Source: Methanolobus sp. (lineage in GTDB: Archaea; Halobacteriota; Methanosarcinia; Methanosarcinales; Methanosarcinaceae). Taken from it: a stretch of DNA of 64,000 nt. The translations under genes and the position numbers were made by a program. Below are positions 59,551 through 64,000 of this stretch, one piece after another (positions within the stretch are counted from its first letter, which is position 1; each line of letters begins with the position of its first letter). The notes beneath the pieces were generated by a model. It saw only the letters and a program-made list of their open reading frames with translations, made no database searches and had not been told where the DNA came from. The stretch lies in the NCBI GenBank assembly GCA_030154025.1, contig JASKKT010000002.1, positions 4,958 through 68,957 on the forward strand. The letters run 5' to 3'.

Positions 59551-61791
59551 CTACTGGTACCCGGTCTCCCCGCCAAGGTCCTGAACCGTTTCCTCCTCGT
59601 TGGCTGAATATCTTGCAAACGCTTCGGAAGCCTGCTCATACAGGCTCATGGCAGCGCGGGAAGTAGTGGGCTTGACGCGGCGTATGGCCTTCACAAAATG
59701 AACGGATGTTATCTTAATTCCCATCACCCTGGCCCTGGCCTCGTCCCTGCTTATGCCCGGTGTGACGACCTCACGCAGGGCCAGCATGGAAGCTTCCCGA
59801 CAGATGGCTTCGATATCGGAACCTACATAGCCTTCGGTCATGTGTGCCAGTTCGTGGACACTCACGTCATCTGCGAGGGGCTTGCCCTGAAGATGGATGC
59901 CGAAGATCTTTTGCCGTCCTCCCATATCAGGAGGGCGCACATATATGAGCCGGTCAAAGCGTCCCGGCCGCAAGAGGGCAGGATCAACTATATCCGGCCT
60001 GTTGGTTGCAGCGATTATCACCACGTCCCTCAGTTCCTCAACCCCGTCTATCTCCGTGAGTATCTGGCTCACCACGCGCTCACTTGCATGGGCATCTATA
60101 CTAGAGCCACGCTCCGATGCCATGGAGTCGATCTCATCAAAGAATATCACTGTAGGCGCAGCCTGCCTGGCCTTGCGGAAGGTCTCTCGTACAGCACGCT
60201 CGGACTCCCCAACGTAGCGACTCAGCAGCTCAGGGCCCTTGATGCTGATGAAGTTTGCCTCGCTTTCGGTGGCCACGGCCTTTGCCAGCATTGTCTTTCC
60301 AGTACCCGGGGGGCCGAAGAGCATGATACCGCGGGGAGGCCTTGTATTGACAGCCTCGAAGAGTTCCGGATATTTCAGCGGCCACTCCACAGCTTCGGAG
60401 AGCTCCTGCTTGGCAGCATCCAGGCCTCCGATGTCATCCCATCTCACTGAGGGCACTTCCACGAATACCTCGCGCATGGCCGAGGGTTCGATGTTCCTGA
60501 GGGCGTCGTCAAAATCCTTCCTGGTCACCTGCAGGCTTTCCATGAACTCGGGAGGTATCTCATTCTCCACATCGTCAATCCTCATGTCAGGAAGCATGCG
60601 CCTGAGAGCATGCATAGCCGCCTCCTTGCACAGGGAAGAGAGGTCAGCACCCACGAAACCGTGGGTAACGGCAGCAATCTCCTCAAGGTTAAGTCCTTCT
60701 TCCAGCGGCATGCCCCTTGTATGGACGAACAGTATCTGGAGACGACCGGCACTGTCAGGTATCCCCACCTCGATCTCGCGGTCGAACCTGCCTCCCCTGC
60801 GCAGGGCCTCGTCAATGGAATTGGGGCGATTGGTTGCGGCTATGACTATGACCTTGCCCCTTGAGGCCAGACCATCCATCAGGGAGAGCAGTTGAGCGAC
60901 TATCCTGCGCTCCATCTCACCCCACACCTCATCGCGTTTGGGAGCAATGGAATCGATCTCGTCTATGAATATTATCGTAGGGGCATTCTTCTCGGCATCC
61001 TCGAATATCTGGCGCAGCTTGTGTTCGCTCTCACCGTAGTATTTAGAAACCACCTCAGGTCCGCTCACAGATATGAAATTTGCATCAGTTTCACTTGCCA
61101 CTGCTCTTGCTATGAGTGTCTTTCCAGTGCCAGGAGGCCCATAAAGAAGGACACCCTTGGGAGGGTCCACTGCAAGTTTCTGGAAGAGCTCAGGATGCTT
61201 CAGGGGCAGTTCTATCATTTCCCTCACGAGTCCCAGTTCCCGCTTGAGACCTCCTATGTCTTCGTAAGTTATCTGTCCGGAAACTCCCTCCTGCGCCACA
61301 GCACTCTCCCTGATATGTATCTGGGTGTTCCTGGTAACTACTACAGGACCAGCGGGGCTTGTTGAGAGCACGACAAAAGAAACAGGATTGCTGACCGCCT
61401 CCACGCGGATGGACTGACCCTTTATTACAGGGCGGCCTTCAAGTATTCTCAGAATGAAGCGCGGACCTCCCACAAGCCGGGTCTCCCTTGTGGGAGCAAG
61501 GCTTATCTTCTCCGCCTCGCTGACAGTGACCTTCCTGATCGTCACCTTGTCATCAATACTGACCTTTGCATTGTTCCTGAGGTTACCGTCTATACGTATT
61601 ATCTCCTTGCCCGCATCGTCCGGATATCCCGGCCAGGCAATTGCATAGCATTTCTCCTTGCTCTTTATCTCAACGATATCACCGCTGACAACCCCGATAG
61701 ATTCCATAAGGACCTTGTCAAGCCTTGCAATTCCCCGGCCTGCATCCCTGGGATACGCCTGCCCCACACTGACGGTAATTTCCTCAGCCAA
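59551..61791 (-). CDS. cdc48: CDC48/VAT family AAA ATPase
   Basis: N domain (RDAGRGIAR) and two AAA modules (GPPGTGKT twice, RPGRFDR). Confidence 0.95.
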   Translation of the reverse strand: MAEEITVSVGQAYPRDAGRGIARLDKVLMESIGVVSGDIVEIKSKEKCYAIAWPGYPDDAGKEIIRIDGNLRNNAKVSIDDKVTIRKVTVSEAEKISLAPTRETRLVGGPRFILRILEGRPVIKGQSIRVEAVSNPVSFVVLSTSPAGPVVVTRNTQIHIRESAVAQEGVSGQITYEDIGGLKRELGLVREMIELPLKHPELFQKLAVDPPKGVLLYGPPGTGKTLIARAVASETDANFISVSGPEVVSKYYGESEHKLRQIFEDAEKNAPTIIFIDEIDSIAPKRDEVWGEMERRIVAQLLSLMDGLASRGKVIVIAATNRPNSIDEALRRGGRFDREIEVGIPDSAGRLQILFVHTRGMPLEEGLNLEEIAAVTHGFVGADLSSLCKEAAMHALRRMLPDMRIDDVENEIPPEFMESLQVTRKDFDDALRNIEPSAMREVFVEVPSVRWDDIGGLDAAKQELSEAVEWPLKYPELFEAVNTRPPRGIMLFGPPGTGKTMLAKAVATESEANFISIKGPELLSRYVGESERAVRETFRKARQAAPTVIFFDEIDSMASERGSSIDAHASERVVSQILTEIDGVEELRDVVIIAATNRPDIVDPALLRPGRFDRLIYVRPPDMGGRQKIFGIHLQGKPLADDVSVHELAHMTEGYVGSDIEAICREASMLALREVVTPGISRDEARARVMGIKITSVHFVKAIRRVKPTTSRAAMSLYEQASEAFARYSANEEETVQDLGGETGYQ

Positions 61792-61891
61792 TTATGATCA
61801 CCATGATTTCATACAGCATCTGCTAGCTATGTAATTGGTCAAATGCAATTTAAAAAGATTCCCGACAGCAGATAAAATACCTGAAGAGAGA

Positions 61892-62590
61892 TCACATCTC
61901 GCTCTTCAGTCTGGAGACCAGTTCTTCCCTTATAACGGATGTACGGTCGCCACCACATACCATTCCACGCACGCCGATGATGTCTGGCCTGATGCGCCTG
62001 AGCATGGGAAGGTCCCCGAACTTGAGAGTGCCGGCAAGCGCGGACTCAAGACCCTGGTCCCTGATAGCGTCTGTGAAAACTGTCAGCTCCCCCTCATCCA
62101 TAAACTCGAAAGTGGAGCGCCCGTCCTTGATACCGGTATCGACCATCACCACATCCACACCTGCCCGGGCGCCGATGGCAGGAAGCAGGTGAGGGGATAT
62201 TGAGTTGATCCTCTTGTAATCGGAATAGCCCGAGGCAACGACCTTCTTGGAAGGGTCAAGATCCTTGACAGAGCGTGTTATATTGGTCAGCATGTCCAGG
62301 GCCTGCTCCTCCGTATGGACATCATACAGGCCCACCTTGATATAGTGAGCACCCGCAACTGCAGCACCCAGAGCGGCAAGGGACGCAGTACCCGGCTTGT
62401 AATTGAAGTCCCCGATGGTCGCACTTATGGGCTTCTGTGAGCCGATGGCCTCTTTAACAGACCTTATGACCCAGGGAAAATTAGCGCCAAGGGAACCTTC
62501 CTTGGGATTCTTCACATCGATTATGTCAGCACCACCTTTGTGTGCTGCTATTGCCTCCTCAGGGCTAATGGGACTGACGAGTAACTTCAT
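61892..62590 (-). CDS. mfnB: (5-formylfuran-3-yl)methyl phosphate synthase (methanofuran biosynthesis)
   Basis: LLVSP, DVKNPKEGSLGANFPW, YIKVGL, DTGIKDG and GVRG. Confidence 0.92.
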   Translation of the reverse strand: MKLLVSPISPEEAIAAHKGGADIIDVKNPKEGSLGANFPWVIRSVKEAIGSQKPISATIGDFNYKPGTASLAALGAAVAGAHYIKVGLYDVHTEEQALDMLTNITRSVKDLDPSKKVVASGYSDYKRINSISPHLLPAIGARAGVDVVMVDTGIKDGRSTFEFMDEGELTVFTDAIRDQGLESALAGTLKFGDLPMLRRIRPDIIGVRGMVCGGDRTSVIREELVSRLKSEM

Positions 62591-62634
62591 AGCATAACCT
62601 CTTTTTTATAGCATGACAGATGTATGAATTAAAT

Positions 62635-63342
62635 ATGTTTCGTATCCTTTTTGTTCTTGACGTTTTCAACCGGACAGTGGTCCATGCACAGGGAGGAGAC
62701 AGGAAAGAGTACAAGCCTATCCATTTCTCCAGCAGGATCTGCGAAAGTTCGGACGCCACCAGGATAGTCGATACGGTAAAACCCAGGGAAGTATACATTG
62801 CCGACCTTAACCTGCTTCAGGGAATAGGTAAGAGGGAAAAGAACTTCGAGCTCATCCAGGGAGTGGCAGAAAGAGCTAAGACAATGGTAGATGCCGGAAT
62901 TAAGTCTCTTTCAGATACTGAGGATATTTTTGAGATCGTTCCAACTGTCGTGCTTGGCACGGAAACTGCCTCCCTTGATACGATAGAGCAGGTTGCAGCT
63001 GCCTATCCGGGGCGTGCGGTAGTGAGCATCGACAAGAAGTATGGCAAAATACTCTCCAGTGACCCCTCCATGCCTGACGACCCACTGGATATAGTGAAGA
63101 AGCTTAATGATTTCGAGCTGCAGGATATAATAGTCCTCGACCTTGACAGGGTGGGCACGGCAAGCGGCGTGGATTCACAATTCTTAAGTAAAATAGCATC
63201 AATCTCAGAGCATAATGTGCTTCTTGGCGGAGGAGTCCGCAACCTTGAGGACATCGAAACACTCGAGGAAACAGGCCTTGCAGGTGCCCTTGTGGCAACA
63301 GCTTTGCATAACGGCTCGATCCCCCTTGAAAAGGTACAGTGA
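62635..63342 (+). CDS. HisA/HisF-related TIM-barrel protein of methanogens
   Basis: VLD..VVHA.GGDR..YKP, YIADLN, LDLDRVGT and GGGVR. Divergent from mfnB. Confidence 0.85.
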   Translation: MFRILFVLDVFNRTVVHAQGGDRKEYKPIHFSSRICESSDATRIVDTVKPREVYIADLNLLQGIGKREKNFELIQGVAERAKTMVDAGIKSLSDTEDIFEIVPTVVLGTETASLDTIEQVAAAYPGRAVVSIDKKYGKILSSDPSMPDDPLDIVKKLNDFELQDIIVLDLDRVGTASGVDSQFLSKIASISEHNVLLGGGVRNLEDIETLEETGLAGALVATALHNGSIPLEKVQ

Positions 63343-63380
63343 CAATAATAATAAGCATTTCATCAGTTCATGGTGTAAGT

Positions 63381-63614
63381 ATGGCAGAGAATGAGGAATT
63401 AATTGAAGTTGGCGAAGGATACGCCGAGATCAAGATGGGAGCAGGCTGGTTCCTGACGATCACCCTTGCCTCCAGTGAGAGATACGAGAACGAATATGTA
63501 GAGATCGCAAAAGAGAGAGGTGGCCAGAAAAAGGGACGCTTCAACCTGAATCCTAAATATACACGCACCCTTGGTGAAGCACTTATCAAATTCGCAGACG
63601 CTAACGAACTCTAG
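63381..63614 (+). CDS. Small hypothetical protein
   Basis: 77 aa, GGTG upstream of the ATG, protein-like composition. Confidence 0.7.
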   Translation: MAENEELIEVGEGYAEIKMGAGWFLTITLASSERYENEYVEIAKERGGQKKGRFNLNPKYTRTLGEALIKFADANEL

Positions 63615-64000
63615 GGTTGTCCGGGTTGCAGGCAGCTTTGCTGAACGTGACCCAGAAAACACTACCTTTACCCTCGGGATTATCCTCGACCCCGTACCCT
63701 CCACCGTGCAGTTCCATAATCCGCTTTACTATCGCAAGGCCAAGACCTGTCCCTTTGACACCTTTCTTGTTGAGTCTCTTGAAACGGTTGAAGACCGAGA
63801 CCTTGTTCTCATCAGGTATGCCATCCCCACGGTCAGTGACCATGACCCTGAAGCAATCGCCCAGGTCCTGGAAAGAGATGGCTATGCTTTCGTTCTCCGG
63901 GCTGTACTTTATGGCATTTGAAAGGAGATTTGCAAACACCTCGCTCACCATGGGATTCACATCCGAATAGCATGGACCTTCCGATGACAATTCCAGCCTT
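63601..64000 (-). CDS. Sensor histidine kinase, C-terminal HATPase part (starts beyond the window)
   Basis: NLLSNAIKYSP, DRGDGI and GTGLGLAIVK. The frame is open to the window edge. Confidence 0.9.
   Translation of the reverse strand, partial: RLELSSEGPCYSDVNPMVSEVFANLLSNAIKYSPENESIAISFQDLGDCFRVMVTDRGDGIPDENKVSVFNRFKRLNKKGVKGTGLGLAIVKRIMELHGGGYGVEDNPEGKGSVFWVTFSKAACNPDNPRVR

Noticed and set aside
63612..63644. Amber read-through of the small ORF would add GCPGCRQLC (a CxxC motif)
   Set aside because: The extension is the antisense of the convergent kinase's coding end, so it is most likely coincidental.

Overview
A 64 kb chromosomal window from a methanogenic archaeon of the Methanosarcinaceae. 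This is inferred from gene content (mmcA-rnf, mfnB, archaeal MAT, DGGGP synthase); the genus, possibly Methanolobus, cannot be fixed from the sequence alone. In order, the window holds: (1) the start of the mmcA-rnfC-rnfD operon with a divergent apbE; (2) thpR, dacZ and a SatP-family transporter; (3) pelota and rqcH, then the conserved priS-gins-rpl44e-rps27e-aIF2alpha-nop10-PAC2-endoQ cluster; (4) a tRNA-Ser(CGA) with a 30-nt D-loop intron; (5) two-component genes, including an LtrK/LtrR-like pair; (6) a ~21 kb envelope region with three MacB-type ABC + COG1361 modules, Yip1, PLDc_N, a stand-alone sensor-domain protein and a dispersed LolCDE-like set; (7) larA, eno, a divergent tubulin/FtsZ homolog, nadCXA, mat, HARP, further kinases, a ferredoxin, an MCP, cdc48 and mfnB. 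No CRISPR array, transposase or integrase was seen. The signals least explained by standard annotation are the ABC/COG1361/Yip1 array, the non-canonical tRNA intron, two genes apparently starting at ATC/ATT, an 8-codon amber-terminated leader ORF ahead of the SatP gene, and a promoter-plus-stem-plus-U-tract candidate sRNA at ~37.6 kb. All family assignments come from motif recognition by eye, not database searches.
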